A stretch of DNA of 64,000 nt from Candidatus Eremiobacteria bacterium (GCA_963737065.1 CAVTRC010000001.1:1216001-1280000), one strand, 5' to 3'; shown: positions 1 to 11,900, numbered from the stretch's first letter. Notes: generated from the sequence alone by a model not told the origin. Translations and numbers: made by a program.

Positions 1-860
1 GCGACGTCGACACGATAGACATCGCCTCCGACCGAACCGAAATCGCTCATGATGCCGCCAATCACGGCAATCGATTTCCCGTCGGGCGACCACGTCGGCG
101 CATTGATCTGATACTTGGGCGTCAGCACGTCGTTCAACGTACCACCGGTCGATGCAACGCTTGCAAGTTTTGCGATCCACCAATTGTCGTCGCCGCTTCC
201 GCGCGCATACGTCAACGCAAAACGTGATGCATCAGGCGACCATGCGTATTCATAGACATAATCGTTGGACGGCGAAACGAGGCGCACGGATCCGCTTCGT
301 ACATCGATCGTTGCGAGCTGCTGCTCGTCATAGGAGGTGCCGATGACGCCGACGTCGCGCGCACCGGCGGCAAGCGCGCCGGACTTCCGATGCGGGTGCG
401 CGATATACAAGAATGCGATCCGCGTACCGTCGGGAGCCCACGCGAGTTCTTGCGCGGCGCCGCTCAACGTTCCGACCTGCACTACGTGCGTGCCGTCGGC
501 ATTCGAAAGATGAATCTGACCGTGGCCTTTTTTCCGGACGTCGGAGAGGAACGCGATCCGTTTCGAGTCGGGCGACCATGCGAGGTCGCCTTCATCCGCG
601 TTCTTCTTCGCGAGATCGGCGCTTAGACGTACGCGCGCGTGCGTGGCGAGCGCCTCCACCCATACCGTCGGACGATGACGCACGGTCTGCTGCCACGCAA
701 CGCGCGTTCCATCGGGTGAAACAACGACCGAATCGAACGTCACGACGCTTTGCATCGCATCATAGATTGCAGCGGCGTTGGGCGGCGCTGCACCGGCGGG
801 CAAAAGCGAAGCGGCAACAATCAACGCGCAGCATACGGCGCCGTTAAAAAGGCGAAGCAT
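1..860 (-). CDS. S9-family (prolyl oligopeptidase-like) peptidase, N-terminal beta-propeller; runs off the window edge
   Basis: Manual translation from ATG at 860: signal peptide MLRLFNGAVCCALIVAASLLPAGA, then repeated PD40-like WSPD/WAPD motifs (WSPDSKRIAF, WAPDGTRIAF, WSPDGKSIAV). The catalytic domain lies outside the window, so the peptidase call is inferred. Confidence 0.7.
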   Translation of the reverse strand, partial: MLRLFNGAVCCALIVAASLLPAGAAPPNAAAIYDAMQSVVTFDSVVVSPDGTRVAWQQTVRHRPTVWVEALATHARVRLSADLAKKNADEGDLAWSPDSKRIAFLSDVRKKGHGQIHLSNADGTHVVQVGTLSGAAQELAWAPDGTRIAFLYIAHPHRKSGALAAGARDVGVIGTSYDEQQLATIDVRSGSVRLVSPSNDYVYEYAWSPDASRFALTYARGSGDDNWWIAKLASVASTGGTLNDVLTPKYQINAPTWSPDGKSIAVIGGIMSDFGSVGGDVYRVDV

Positions 861-888
861 GCTCGGTGATACCATGTCGGAGGCGCGT

Positions 889-2517
889 TCACCCGCGCTT
901 TCGCAACGTTGCAATCGCGGTGCGGAATACCCACAGCACGGCGACAACGACGCCGATCCACAAGATCCAGCCCACCGCCATTTGCCATCCTTGAGGGTGG
1001 TAAAACGCGAGCAGAATCGTGACGCCGACGATGCATGCGGCGGCGATGAGCGTCGCATTCACCCGTTCGGCGATGGTTTCAAAGCGCTGGAGCATAGGTT
1101 CGAGTTCTTCGATGCGGGTCCAGACGCGCAGATTGCCGCGCTCGATGTCCGCGAGCACACGATCGGCACGCCGCGGCAATTCCATGCTGAGCTCGGCCGT
1201 TTCCATCGCGGCGAGCTTCGCGCGCTCGCCCCACTCGCGAGGATCGAATCTGGCGACCGAGACGTTCGCCGCGACGGGCTCGAGAAAATCGCCGAGCCGC
1301 TTCTCGGGAGCAATCGCGAGAATAAGCCCTTCTCCCATCGCGGCAGCTTTGAAAAATAGCGACAGCGCAGCCGGCATACGCAAATGGTGCTCTCGGATGA
1401 TATCGAGGATCTCGCTCAGCGCCGCACCGAATTCGACTCGCTCTACCTCTGTGTTCAAATACCGTTGCAGTAAACGTTGAAGTTCGGTCGCGAGCTCTAC
1501 GCGATCGATCGGACCGGTGGGCGGGGCGAGATCGACGAGCCGATCCGTCAGACGCTGCCCGTCCTGCCGGTGCACGGCGAGAAAGAAATCGGCCAGCTTT
1601 CGGCGCTGGTCTTCGGAGAGCCGGCCGATCATGCCGAAATCGATGATGCCGAGCGCACCGTTCGGGCGAAAAAAAATATTACCGGCGTGCGGATCGGCAT
1701 GGAACACGCCGTGAATGAATGCCGGCTCCATGATGAACCGCGCGATGCGCTCGGCGATGGCGGCTCGCAGTTTTGCCGAGAGCAACGGCGCTTCGTTTAC
1801 CTTCGTCCCATCAACGTACGTCAGCGTCAGGACATGCGCCGTTGAGTACTCGTCGACGACATCGGGCAGCGCAAAGCGAGGTTCCTGTTCGAAGATCTTA
1901 CGAAAGAGCGCAACATTGCGCGCTTCGCGCGTGTAGTCGAGCTCCGCGCGTAACATGTCTCCAAACTCTTCAACGAGCGCGTCTACGTCGTATCCCGCGA
2001 CTTCGGGAAACCATTTCGTCGCCGACGCTGCGAGTTTGCGCAAAATGTCCAAGTCGTATTCGACGATCGCTCGTACGCCAGGCTTTCGAATTTTTAGCAC
2101 GACGTCGCGGCCGTCGGTTAATTGCGCCCGATGGACCTGCCCGATGGACGCGCACGCAATCGGCTCGAGATCGAACGTTGTGAAAAGCAACGCCGGCGGC
2201 GCTCCCAGTTCGTTGACGATCTCTCCAATGATAACGTCGGGATCAAGGGGTGGTACGGAGTCTTGCAGCTTCGCAAGCTCATCGCGATACTCTCGTGGGA
2301 GCAGATCGCCACGCGTCGAGAGCATCTGACCGAGTTTGATGAACGTCGGCCCGAGCTCTTCGCACGCTTCGCGCAATTGGGAGGCAACTTGCGCAGCGCT
2401 TTCACCGTTCGCGTGGAAACGTAAGCCGGCGCCCGCGGCCGCGAAACCGTGCTTGGCAAGTACGGCAAGGATTTCTCGATACCGCTGCGAGCGGGTCGGC
2501 GGTGACTCGGTATGCAT
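889..2517 (-). CDS. ABC1/AarF/UbiB family atypical kinase
   Basis: LGPTFIKLGQMLSTR, ASIGQVHRA, HADPHAGN and DFGMIG motifs; two C-terminal TM helices. Start taken at MHTESPP. Confidence 0.92.
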   Translation of the reverse strand: MHTESPPTRSQRYREILAVLAKHGFAAAGAGLRFHANGESAAQVASQLREACEELGPTFIKLGQMLSTRGDLLPREYRDELAKLQDSVPPLDPDVIIGEIVNELGAPPALLFTTFDLEPIACASIGQVHRAQLTDGRDVVLKIRKPGVRAIVEYDLDILRKLAASATKWFPEVAGYDVDALVEEFGDMLRAELDYTREARNVALFRKIFEQEPRFALPDVVDEYSTAHVLTLTYVDGTKVNEAPLLSAKLRAAIAERIARFIMEPAFIHGVFHADPHAGNIFFRPNGALGIIDFGMIGRLSEDQRRKLADFFLAVHRQDGQRLTDRLVDLAPPTGPIDRVELATELQRLLQRYLNTEVERVEFGAALSEILDIIREHHLRMPAALSLFFKAAAMGEGLILAIAPEKRLGDFLEPVAANVSVARFDPREWGERAKLAAMETAELSMELPRRADRVLADIERGNLRVWTRIEELEPMLQRFETIAERVNATLIAAACIVGVTILLAFYHPQGWQMAVGWILWIGVVVAVLWVFRTAIATLRKRG

Positions 2518-2606
2518 GGGTGCCTTATTCCCACAACCGAGAGCCCGCCTGTACGCCGGTTCACGATGGCCGTCACAGGGACAGCCGTTTGGCCGTTCCG
2601 CTCGGC

Positions 2607-3386
2607 ATGACGCGAGCCGCACTTTACGGGCGGGTCCTCTTTGTGGCTTCCGCCGTGCTCTTCGGCGTTATCGCGCTGATGTGGCACGATGTCGATACGT
2701 GGCAGGGGCTCGCGCGAATTTGGAAACTCCCGCTCGGCAGAATCATCGGCGACATCCTCGTCGTCGTTGAAATAGCGGCTGCAATCGGGTTGCTGTTCTC
2801 GCGAACGGCACGCGTCGCGGCCATTGCTTTCGGGGCCGCCGTTGGGATTTTCGCGGTGGACCGCATCGGCGGCATCATCATGCAACCCGCGTCATTTCCA
2901 CAATACGATGCTTTTGCTGAATTGTTGTCCTATGTATGCGCCGCAGTTGCCGTATACGCCTCAACCGAAAGGAACGCCGCTAACGCTACGGTGCTTGCAC
3001 AAATCGCGCGCGTCGGGCTCGGTCTTTCCACCATCTCCTTCACGCTTGCGCAAATCATCTTTTTCGAAGGCACAGCGAAGTTAGTTCCTAGCTGGATTCC
3101 GCCGAATCAGAGCTTCTGGGCGATTCTCACAACGATCGCATTCGCGCTTGCGGCGCTCGCGATGCTGATCAATCGGCAAGCAGCGCTCGCGATGCGCCTC
3201 ATGGCGGTCATGCTCGTGCTCTTCGGACTGTTGGTTTGGATTCCGATTCTCCTCACGCATCACTCGCACAATGATTGGTCGGAGTTCGCGATCAATTTCC
3301 TCATCGCGGGCGCCTCGTGGGTAATTGCCGAGTCGCAAAGCGTATTCGCACGTTCATCGCACCAAGTCGCCGTCGAACCATTGTAA
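2607..3386 (+). CDS. DoxX-like multi-pass membrane protein
   Basis: About 8 hydrophobic helices; LVPSWIPP..FWA motif seen in DoxX-related proteins. Confidence 0.6.
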   Translation: MTRAALYGRVLFVASAVLFGVIALMWHDVDTWQGLARIWKLPLGRIIGDILVVVEIAAAIGLLFSRTARVAAIAFGAAVGIFAVDRIGGIIMQPASFPQYDAFAELLSYVCAAVAVYASTERNAANATVLAQIARVGLGLSTISFTLAQIIFFEGTAKLVPSWIPPNQSFWAILTTIAFALAALAMLINRQAALAMRLMAVMLVLFGLLVWIPILLTHHSHNDWSEFAINFLIAGASWVIAESQSVFARSSHQVAVEPL

Positions 3387-4292
3387 CACGCGCATTGCGC
3401 GCATAGTGTTCCATCGGCTTGCTCTCCCACTTTGCGGTTCAACCGGAAAGTTCAGCCGGTCATCGTGAAGGTGGTTCATCGGCCACCGTCCGTTTTGGTG
3501 ACGCCGCGCTTTCACGAGTTCGATCGCTTCAGTCATGCGTTCATCGCGTTCCACGCGTGCGCTTCGCAGATAGTCCAGCCCGCGCAGAACGTCGTAATGC
3601 CACGTCGTGGGAAACGTGAAGCGGATCCACTTTGGGTCCACGACGCGGCCCGTCGACAGACGCCTGAACATCCTGCGCTCCAGCAGATACTCGTGCGCGT
3701 TCCGGCGCGCGTGCGCGATCGCCGCCGCCGAACCCCAGCGGCGCTCGTATTCCAGAAGCCCTTCGAGCACACGAATCGTGGAATTGAACGATGAACGCAT
3801 GCTGGGCGGGGCTTCGCAATTCCAGCCGCCGTCCGCGAGTTGTTCGCCCAACAGGCGGTCCACAATGCCATCGCAACGTTCGCCGAAGTAGCTGCCGATC
3901 GCGAGAATTGCGCCGTTGATGCACGGCTCAGTCTCACCGTCGAAATACGGGCGATTCTCCAAACGCTCAAAACTCAAATGCGTCTTCACGCGATCGATCG
4001 CCTGACGCGCATCGTCGCTTGCCGGATCGACGCCCATTTCGCGCAAGAGCGCGAGAGCATCGGTTGAGATCATCCATCCCTCTTCATCGGCCGAGCCCCA
4101 CCAGCCGCCGGCGGATTGTCGCGCGAGCAACGCCCGTCCCCATCCTTCTTGCGCCACCCGCGATCGCTCAGCCGCCACGATCGCGTTCGGCTCGCGCTTG
4201 AGATCGCGCATCACTTGCCAACGAATTGCCGGATCGCCGTCAAGAAGCCACCGGATAACGCTCGAGTCACTCACCCCGCCGAATTCGCGCAC
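3354..4292 (-). CDS. prenyltransferase/squalene-cyclase-repeat protein of unknown function
   Basis: WLLDGDPAIRWQV, QLADGGWNCE, WHYDVLRGLDY and SRWNT motifs with QW-like repeats. Confidence 0.7.
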   Translation of the reverse strand: MREFGGVSDSSVIRWLLDGDPAIRWQVMRDLKREPNAIVAAERSRVAQEGWGRALLARQSAGGWWGSADEEGWMISTDALALLREMGVDPASDDARQAIDRVKTHLSFERLENRPYFDGETEPCINGAILAIGSYFGERCDGIVDRLLGEQLADGGWNCEAPPSMRSSFNSTIRVLEGLLEYERRWGSAAAIAHARRNAHEYLLERRMFRRLSTGRVVDPKWIRFTFPTTWHYDVLRGLDYLRSARVERDERMTEAIELVKARRHQNGRWPMNHLHDDRLNFPVEPQSGRASRWNTMRAMRVLQWFDGDLVR

Positions 4293-4408
4293 TGCGCGCC
4301 GATCACTTCGGACGTTGCAGACGTATCACGAGGCGCCTCCATCGCGCGCGAAGCGATCGCGAAGGCGATTGTCGACGCAGAAAGTAAGACCGGGTGCGGA
4401 GGTTTACG

Positions 4409-4918
4409 ATGGCGCAAAAAGAGACAGCAATTTTAGCCGGCGGCTGCTTCTGGGGCATGCAAGAGCTTTTGCGCGACTATCCCGGCGTGATCTCGACGCG
4501 TGTTGGGTATAGCGGCGGCGACGTTGCGAACGCGACGTATCGCAATCATGGGACGCATGCCGAGGCGATCGAAATCGCATTCGATCCTGCGAAGGTGAGC
4601 TATCGGCAATTGCTCGAGTTTTTCTTTCAGATCCACGATCCCACGACGCTAAATCGCCAAGGCAACGACCGCGGCCAAAGCTATCGTTCCGCCATTTTCT
4701 ACACGACCGACGAACAACGGCGCGTCGCGAACGATACGATTGCCGACGTCGAAGCTTCCGGATTGTGGCCGGGAAACGTTGTGACCGAAGTCGCGCCGGC
4801 GCGCGAGTTCTGGGAAGCGGAGCCCGACCATCAGGACTATTTGCAGAAGTATCCCGACGGGTACACGTGTCACTTCATTCGCCCGAATTGGAAGCTTCCG
4901 CAGCGCGCAAAAGCGTAG
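4409..4918 (+). CDS. msrA: peptide-methionine (S)-S-oxide reductase MsrA
   Basis: GGCFWG active site, [32 protein letters not shown]. Confidence 0.97.
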   Translation: MAQKETAILAGGCFWGMQELLRDYPGVISTRVGYSGGDVANATYRNHGTHAEAIEIAFDPAKVSYRQLLEFFFQIHDPTTLNRQGNDRGQSYRSAIFYTTDEQRRVANDTIADVEASGLWPGNVVTEVAPAREFWEAEPDHQDYLQKYPDGYTCHFIRPNWKLPQRAKA

Positions 4919-5060
4919 CGCGCAGTTTGGCGACCTCGAAGTCAACCGTATAACCCGCTCACAAAAATTTGCGATCCGTTCGGCAATCGGTTTTGCGACC
5001 GTTTCGCGTACGCCTTGAGTCGTACTCGAGCGTGGCGCCCGGGTGTACGATACGCGCCAG

Positions 5061-6113
5061 ATGACCGCCGGTACACGAACCATCGCGTTTCTCGAAACGC
5101 CCATTATCCTCGCGCCGCTCGGCGGGCCTGGTACGGTGGAACTCACCGCGGCGGCATGCAACGCGCGCGCGTTCGGTTTTCTCGCTTGCCAGTACAGCGA
5201 CCCCGAACGGATGCGCAACGACGTCGCGCGGCTTCGCACGCTGACGCCAAAACCGTTTGGGCTGAACCTCTTCATAGACAGCGGCCGGCCCGCAGTAGAC
5301 GCCGCCGAACTTGCGCGCGCGGATCGGCGCCTCGATGTCTATCGCGACGAACTTCGCGTGCCGCATCGCGACATCGCGCCGTCGCCTCCTGCATATCACG
5401 ATGAACAAATGCGCGTCGTGCTCGAAACGCGCCCGCGCGCATTCAGTTTTACGCTTGGAATTCCGCCGCAGGCAATCGTCGCCGAATTGCGAGATGCCGG
5501 AATCTACACCATTGGAACCGCCACGACCGTCGAAGAAGCGGTCGCGTTGCAGGACGCCGGTATCGACGCGGTGTGCGCCCAAGGAGCTGAAGCGGGCGGT
5601 CACCGGGGCACATTTCTTTGCTACGACGTGCTTCCGCTGATCGGAACGCTCGCGCTCGTACCGCAAATCGTCGATGCAGTTCGCATACCGGTTATCGCAG
5701 CGGGCGGCATCGCCGACGGCCGCGGTGTTGCAGCCGTCGTGAGACTTGGCGCGTGTGCGGCACAAATCGGTACCGCGTTCTTACTTGCGCACGAGGCAGC
5801 CACCGCGAGCGCTTATCGCGACGCATTAAAGCACGCGTCGCCGGCTGATACGATCGTCACTGAAGCCTTCTCCGGCAAACCGGCACGGGGCATTGCCAAC
5901 CGGTTCACTCGCGAGCTCGCCGACCCGCGCGAGCATGCTCCGTATCCGCAACAGAACACGTTGACGCGCGACATTCGCAACGCCGCGGCCGCGCAAGGAC
6001 GCGCGGAGTTCCTTTCGTTGTGGGCCGGCCAGGCATTCCCGCTCGCCCGGGAAGCGCCGGCAGCAACGATCGTCGAACTGCTTTTGACGCAGACGAACGA
6101 CGCGCTTCGCTGA
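5061..6113 (+). CDS. nitronate monooxygenase family flavoprotein
   Basis: PIILAP, QGAEAGGHRGTF, PVIAAGGIADGRG, QIGTAFL, FSGKPARG, LWAGQ. Confidence 0.93.
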   Translation: MTAGTRTIAFLETPIILAPLGGPGTVELTAAACNARAFGFLACQYSDPERMRNDVARLRTLTPKPFGLNLFIDSGRPAVDAAELARADRRLDVYRDELRVPHRDIAPSPPAYHDEQMRVVLETRPRAFSFTLGIPPQAIVAELRDAGIYTIGTATTVEEAVALQDAGIDAVCAQGAEAGGHRGTFLCYDVLPLIGTLALVPQIVDAVRIPVIAAGGIADGRGVAAVVRLGACAAQIGTAFLLAHEAATASAYRDALKHASPADTIVTEAFSGKPARGIANRFTRELADPREHAPYPQQNTLTRDIRNAAAAQGRAEFLSLWAGQAFPLAREAPAATIVELLLTQTNDALR

Positions 6114-6169
6114 AGTCGCACGGGCGTCCATCAGCGCGAACGACGCTGGAAGAATAATGACCCGCTGCC

Positions 6170-7654
6170 GTGCTGTTATTTCGTGTTAACCGCGCATCAA
6201 TTTGTCACAATGTTCACGAGCCGCGCGTGGCCTATGTGTTGTATACGCAGGTGTCATTCGGGCGCTTCATCTTCCACCTTACGCAGCGAAAGTTGTGGCA
6301 TGACGGCCTACCCGTTACGCTAAAGCCCAAAGAAGCGGAGTTCCTTGCGGTCCTCGGCGAGCGCCGTCCGGACATCGCGTCGCGCGACGAAATCATCGAG
6401 CGGCTGTGGATGGGATCGGCAAGCGATGCCGCGCTGAACCAGACCGTCTACCGGCTTCGTCAAACGCTTGCGCGCTACGATTCCGCATCGTATATCGAAA
6501 CAGTTCCCGAGCGCGGATTTCGCTTAGCCGGCGAATCGCCGATCGACATGCGCAAGCATCGGCCCGACGCGTTGCGCCCGGCGTTCTCGCTCTTTCAAAG
6601 GGCAGTTGCGCTGTATCGGCAGCGCGACGAAACTTCGGTGCTTCAGGCGATCGAATTGTTGGAACGCGCGTGCGTAGAGGAACCCGAATATGTTCCGGCG
6701 CTCGAAACGCTCGCCACCGCATACTGCAACGCCGGAATCCGGCTCTTCTATTCGCCACAGCATGCATACTGGCGCGCGCGAACGCTGATCGAACGTGTCG
6801 TCGCTATCGATCCGTCGTCGTCGCGTGCATTTGCTACGCTCAGTACGTTGTTGCTATTCTTCAATGCACATCGCAGCGACGCGCGCTTGGCGGCCGAGCG
6901 ATCGATTCTTCTTGCGCCGGACGCATCGGTCGGCCACACCGCCGCAACGTGGGAGCGCCTATCGCGCCGCGATTACATCGGCGCACTGACACAAGCGGAC
7001 CTCGCCGTAACCGCCGACCCGGCGTCTTCATTTTCGACAGCCCTCTTCGGGACCGTTCTCTACATGGCGCGGCGATACGACGAAGCGCATCGCGCGTTCG
7101 ACACCGCGCGCGCACTCGATAATCACCATGCGATGACGTACTTTTACGACGGCTGCGCCTACGCATTGGAAGGCGAGTATCACGAGGCTGAGGCGATGCT
7201 CTCCATGGTTGGAGGCAGCGACATGTCGACGCGGGTGATTGCGGCGCGCGGGTATATTGCGGCGAAACGTGGCGACGCGGCCGGAGCACGGCGCGCCATC
7301 TCGACGCTTCGCTCGTCCGCGATGCCATCGCACATTTCTTTGTCGGCGGTGGAATTGGCACTGAACGACGATGCATCGGCGGCGGGAACGCTGCAACGCG
7401 CATTGCGTACACGCGAGCCCGGATTGTTCTTAACGGTCGTTGATCCGATGTATGCACCGCTGCACCAGAAGCACCCGGCGCTTATCGCAGCGATCGAAGA
7501 TGGCCGCCCGCAACAATGCGACCGATGCGGCGCGGAGCTGAAAATCCGCCGGGTTCGCGAGATCTACCAGGTGGAGCTGTGCTGGGATTGCCGCCGGAAC
7601 GCACGCCCACTGTGTCTTGACGAGATCTCACGCGATTCGAAAGCCACGTCGTAA
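6170..7654 (+). CDS. CadC/OmpR-type winged-helix + TPR regulator with a C-terminal CxxC...CxxC motif
   Basis: N-terminal wHTH (SRDEIIERLW...LNQTVYRLRQTL...IETVPERGFRL), helical TPR-like repeats, terminal CDRC...CWDC. Start uncertain. Confidence 0.8.
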   Translation: MLLFRVNRASICHNVHEPRVAYVLYTQVSFGRFIFHLTQRKLWHDGLPVTLKPKEAEFLAVLGERRPDIASRDEIIERLWMGSASDAALNQTVYRLRQTLARYDSASYIETVPERGFRLAGESPIDMRKHRPDALRPAFSLFQRAVALYRQRDETSVLQAIELLERACVEEPEYVPALETLATAYCNAGIRLFYSPQHAYWRARTLIERVVAIDPSSSRAFATLSTLLLFFNAHRSDARLAAERSILLAPDASVGHTAATWERLSRRDYIGALTQADLAVTADPASSFSTALFGTVLYMARRYDEAHRAFDTARALDNHHAMTYFYDGCAYALEGEYHEAEAMLSMVGGSDMSTRVIAARGYIAAKRGDAAGARRAISTLRSSAMPSHISLSAVELALNDDASAAGTLQRALRTREPGLFLTVVDPMYAPLHQKHPALIAAIEDGRPQQCDRCGAELKIRRVREIYQVELCWDCRRNARPLCLDEISRDSKATS

Positions 7655-7770
7655 ACCGCGCGTGTTCGCCGCAGCCGCCGCTCGCGTCGCAAATGATGAC
7701 GCGAAGCGTTAGATCGTGTGAAGCAGTTCGCATAATCATCGTGCGATGATTTTTTTTAGCAGCGCTGCAC

Positions 7771-8514
7771 ATGGTTCCATATACTGCGGCGGAACGGTGG
7801 GATTTTATGAAAGCGGAAACGGTTACCTTTCGCGTGCTGATGCTTGGCATCGCGGTTCTCGGCACAATCGACGTCACTGCTCCGGAGAAGATGGCACCCG
7901 TTTCACGATACCTTATGGATTCGTCGGTGGAGACCGCGCTCGCCCGTAGCGCGGCTCCCGCATCGATATCGAGCAAGGCGACAATCCTTCTGCTCGGCCC
8001 ACATGGCTATACCGTCGCTCGAAACGGTAAGAACGGTTTTACCTGCCTTGTGGAGCGAACGTGGATGCAACCGTTCAATGCGAAGCCGTTCTGGAACCGT
8101 AAGTTCCAAGCCCCGGTGTGCTACAACCGTTCTGCGTCGCGCAGCGTGCTGATCTACACGTTGAAAAGAACGGCATTGGCACTTGGGGGCGCCTCGAAAC
8201 AGCAAATTGAAACGGGAATGCTAGCCGCCATCGCTGCAAAGTCGTTGCCTGTGCCGCAGCCGGACTCCCTCGCGTACATGATGTCCAAGGCGCAGTATCT
8301 GAGCGATCGGGATAAGTCCTGGTATCCTCACCTGATGTTCTTCATGCCGCGCGCTAATATCGCGAAATCCGGAGAAAGCTGGGGCGCGGATCGGCCGCGT
8401 TCTCCTGTTGTCTTTGATAGTGTCGACGCGATGCCGGAGCCGTGGGCGCAGTTCTTCGTTCCCGTCACGCACTGGTCCGACGGCACACGCGCGTCGGATT
8501 ACACTGGAACGTAG
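7771..8514 (+). CDS. secreted hypothetical protein
   Basis: Hydrophobic N-terminus, NGFTCLVER and YPHLMFF segments; long ORF with coding-like composition. Start uncertain. Confidence 0.65.
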   Translation: MVPYTAAERWDFMKAETVTFRVLMLGIAVLGTIDVTAPEKMAPVSRYLMDSSVETALARSAAPASISSKATILLLGPHGYTVARNGKNGFTCLVERTWMQPFNAKPFWNRKFQAPVCYNRSASRSVLIYTLKRTALALGGASKQQIETGMLAAIAAKSLPVPQPDSLAYMMSKAQYLSDRDKSWYPHLMFFMPRANIAKSGESWGADRPRSPVVFDSVDAMPEPWAQFFVPVTHWSDGTRASDYTGT

Positions 8515-8954
8515 GGCATGCGCCTACTTTGATTTGCCGGTTCGAAATCCACGAGAAGGATCGATCTTTCCGTCGAACGGAACGATTTCCGTGAATGGCA
8601 CTGCGATCGCGTTCAACCGCGGCGTCACGTCCAGCAAGTAATTGCGTGACGGACACTCTTTCGTACGGTTGAATCGCTTGTACGACTGCCTCTTGTCGCG
8701 CAGCCGGCGTGAGTGCTTCGGCGTATCCGCCTTCGACGCCGATCACCGCCGCGGCATCTCGCGAATATGTCTCGGCAAAGAAATCGGCGATCGTACACGC
8801 GCACAGTGACTAGGCACCGCGAAAAAAGCATTGGACGCGCGACGTGTGCCGGCGTCCAATGCGTGCACGGGTACCGTGCGTCGGAATGTATGTCACTCAC
8901 TCCTGAAAGATCGTGACATACACTCCGTTTCTCTGCTTCACACGATTCAACAAC

Positions 8955-11900
8955 CTACACTTTGACGGTGAGTTGGAAGAACACGTTGAGCGGCGATGGA
9001 ACTGTGCCCGCATCGCTGAACGACCGCGGGCTGTATGAATTCGTCTCGAACGCCGGTGGCGTGAAACCGTTCGCAGCAGTGTCGAACGGGCTCGTGCCGT
9101 TGTAGAAGTTCGAGATGAAGAATCCGTTGGCCTGATATCCGCAGACGTACGGCGACGGCGCGAACGCAGACGTCCACGGAGCTTTCGTTCCGCCGAAGCA
9201 GCTGTGGAAGAGATTGGCGAGCGTGATGTTTGCCGAGATCCGCGGTGACAGATCGTACGTAAACGCAAGGTTTCCGACCATCAGCCACGGGTTGCGATAC
9301 TCGCCGGGATACGCGAACGATCCGGTCTGCGGATTCGGAACGAAGAGTTGACCGGCCGCATTGGAGAACGTTCCCCCTGCCGTTAGTGCATCGCAGGCGA
9401 ACGGGTCCGTTTTGGGCGATGCAAGAACGATACCAGACGTCGTGGCGTTTGCCGTGCAGACGCGCGGATCGACTCCGACGACATCGAGCGGTCCCCCGTA
9501 AGCCGACCCTTGCACGACGCTCAATGACAACGTGGTCGCGAACTTCTGTTTGCGATAATTCAGAAGCCACTCCAAATTCCACGGCGAATCGTAGTACGTC
9601 GTCGACGGGTTGTTCGTCGGCGAAAGACCCGTATCGGCGGGCGCGTACCAGCCGCTGGTATTGACGAGTCCTTGCTGATTCATGTTGTAGTATGGATTCG
9701 TGATCGCAATGCCGCCGAATGCTCCGCAGCTCGGCGAGGCGACACCCGGGCTCGGATTTCCGGCAGCGTCTTTGCCGCCCGAGCAGTAGTACGGCGAACC
9801 ACCGCCGCCCTTCGTCAGGACGTTGAACTGGCTGATCGCCTGATTGACGGCATTGAGCTGATTCGTTCCGAACCAATTCGTGTATTGCACTTTGGCATTC
9901 GTGTAGGTCAACGCTACTTGCGTAGAAAGGCCGTCTTTTGCGAAGTCTCCCTTGGTGAACGCCGCTTCGACGCCCATCGACCGGAAGTTTCCGACCGGCG
10001 CTTGCGTTACGAAATTCGGCCCGATGAAGGACTGCTCTTGATATCCGACCGTGTAGTTATAGAACGGCGAGATCTTGAAGCTCATGTCCGTCCCGTGAAT
10101 GTGGTGCTCGAGCGAAAGATCCGCCTGCGTTGCGTTCATCGCGGGAATCGGATGGAACGGCGTGTAGAAGCCGAGCGGCAACGTCGCGTTCCACGTCGAC
10201 AGGCTGTTGCCTGATGAATTCAGATACTGAACCGACGCGGAGATCGGCGGTTCGGTGAAACGGCCGATCGATCCGCGCCACACAGTGTCCGGTGACTGCG
10301 TGTACGTCGCGGAAAGACGCGGCGAGAGGTCCGCAATCGTATACGAAGACGGCGAAATTGCCGAGAACGACGGATGCGAATATCCCGCCGGAATTCCGTT
10401 CGGATATCCCGCCACCACCGTACCGGCCGCGCAACTCGGCGTGTAGATCACCGGTGCGGGCGGAGGCGCCCCAGGGAGTAACGGCTTTGTCAACACAACG
10501 CCCGATGCGTTTTGACAAACGTCGTTCGAGATGATCTGCGCGTAGAAGTCGGTTGCCGTCCCGGGGTTCGCTACGAGCCCGTACTGGTAGTCTTCATAGC
10601 GCAACTGCGCGTTGAGCAAGAGCTTGTCGTTCGGCCGCCACTGATCGCTCAGCGAAACGAACGCGAACTTCGGCTTGACGGTATTGAGCGTGCCGGCCGC
10701 GTTTCCGTTCCACAAGGTTACCCAATTGGCCCCAGCAGCGGCTGCGTTCGGACCTAGCGCGCCACCGTTGTACGCGCCATTTGCGGCATTCGAACCCCAC
10801 AACTTGAATGCGCTTCCGCTTGGCACGCATGGAACGGTGCTGTCATACTGAGGGCTTCCGGGCTGCTCGTCCCAACACGAGAACGTGCTACCCGATTGGC
10901 TGACGACGCCGATCGGCGAGACTGAAAGCGGGCCCGACGATGCGGTATACCCCGTGTTGTTGTAACGCACGACGTTTGCCGTCGTGTAGTTCGCAGTCAG
11001 CTGCAGCAGATGTTGGCTCGTCAATTGATCGACGAGCTCGATCTGTCCGCCGCCGGTGTGCGTGATCAGATCGTAGTTTGCGGCAACGCCGCTAAAGCAC
11101 GGTCCGAGCCCGCCGTTGAGATAACAGTCTTGGGCCGAATTCGCGCCGGCTTGGGTCCAGTCCGAGAAGAACGTGTACCCGAAGACACGAGCGAACGCAT
11201 TGCTCGAGAACTGGTGCGTGTATTGGAGTTTGACGATTCCAGTGTCGTTCATGATCGCGTCGCGCAAGGTTGCTGGGAGTTCGGATTGGAACGCCCGGTT
11301 CGTTGGACTGCTCGGTTGGTAATACTGGCTCGTCGTCAGATTTTTGATCGGCGTGCCAAACGGCGCGTTGTAGATCGTCGCGTCGACGTATGCGGGATAG
11401 TTGACATACGGCGTGGGCGTGCACGCCGCGCCGCCTGCGCTTAGGCTTGTCTGCGGGTTGCAATACGCATTTCCAAAGAGCGCATTGGTATACGCGGAGT
11501 AACCGCCGGCGTCGTTCGGGCTTGTGTAGAACGAGGTGTTGAGCATCGACGAGCTTCCGAGAAGTTGGACGTCGTCCGACGTTCCGTTCTTCCGCGGAAT
11601 ACGGAAATGGAAGTTTACGACGTTCTCACGGTCGGCAATCTGCGCCGGGTCCGTCGCATTGCCGTAGAGACCGTTAAACGGCACATAACAATTGGTCGCG
11701 CTGCCGCCGAGGTCGGGCGCGAGCCACGGTAGATTTGCAACCGAGGCGGGCGTCGTTGCCGTTCCGGTAATGCATTCCGGCGTTTCCGAGCGCGCCGTTC
11801 CATTGATCAGTTGCGGCCCAACCGCAACGAAGCTTTGTCCGGTGTAAATCCCAGTGGGATCGTTTGCCATCGAACCACCGTTCGCGTTATTCAAAAACCG

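Noticed and set aside
7734..7757. AATCATCG-TG-CGATGATT inverted repeat plus T-run as a terminator
   Set aside because: The stem is weak and AT-rich; it could equally be an operator, so it was not called.
8465..8900. Short minus-strand ORFs after the TonB receptor gene
   Set aside because: No convincing start, RBS or motif; possibly a frameshifted remnant, but this cannot be supported.
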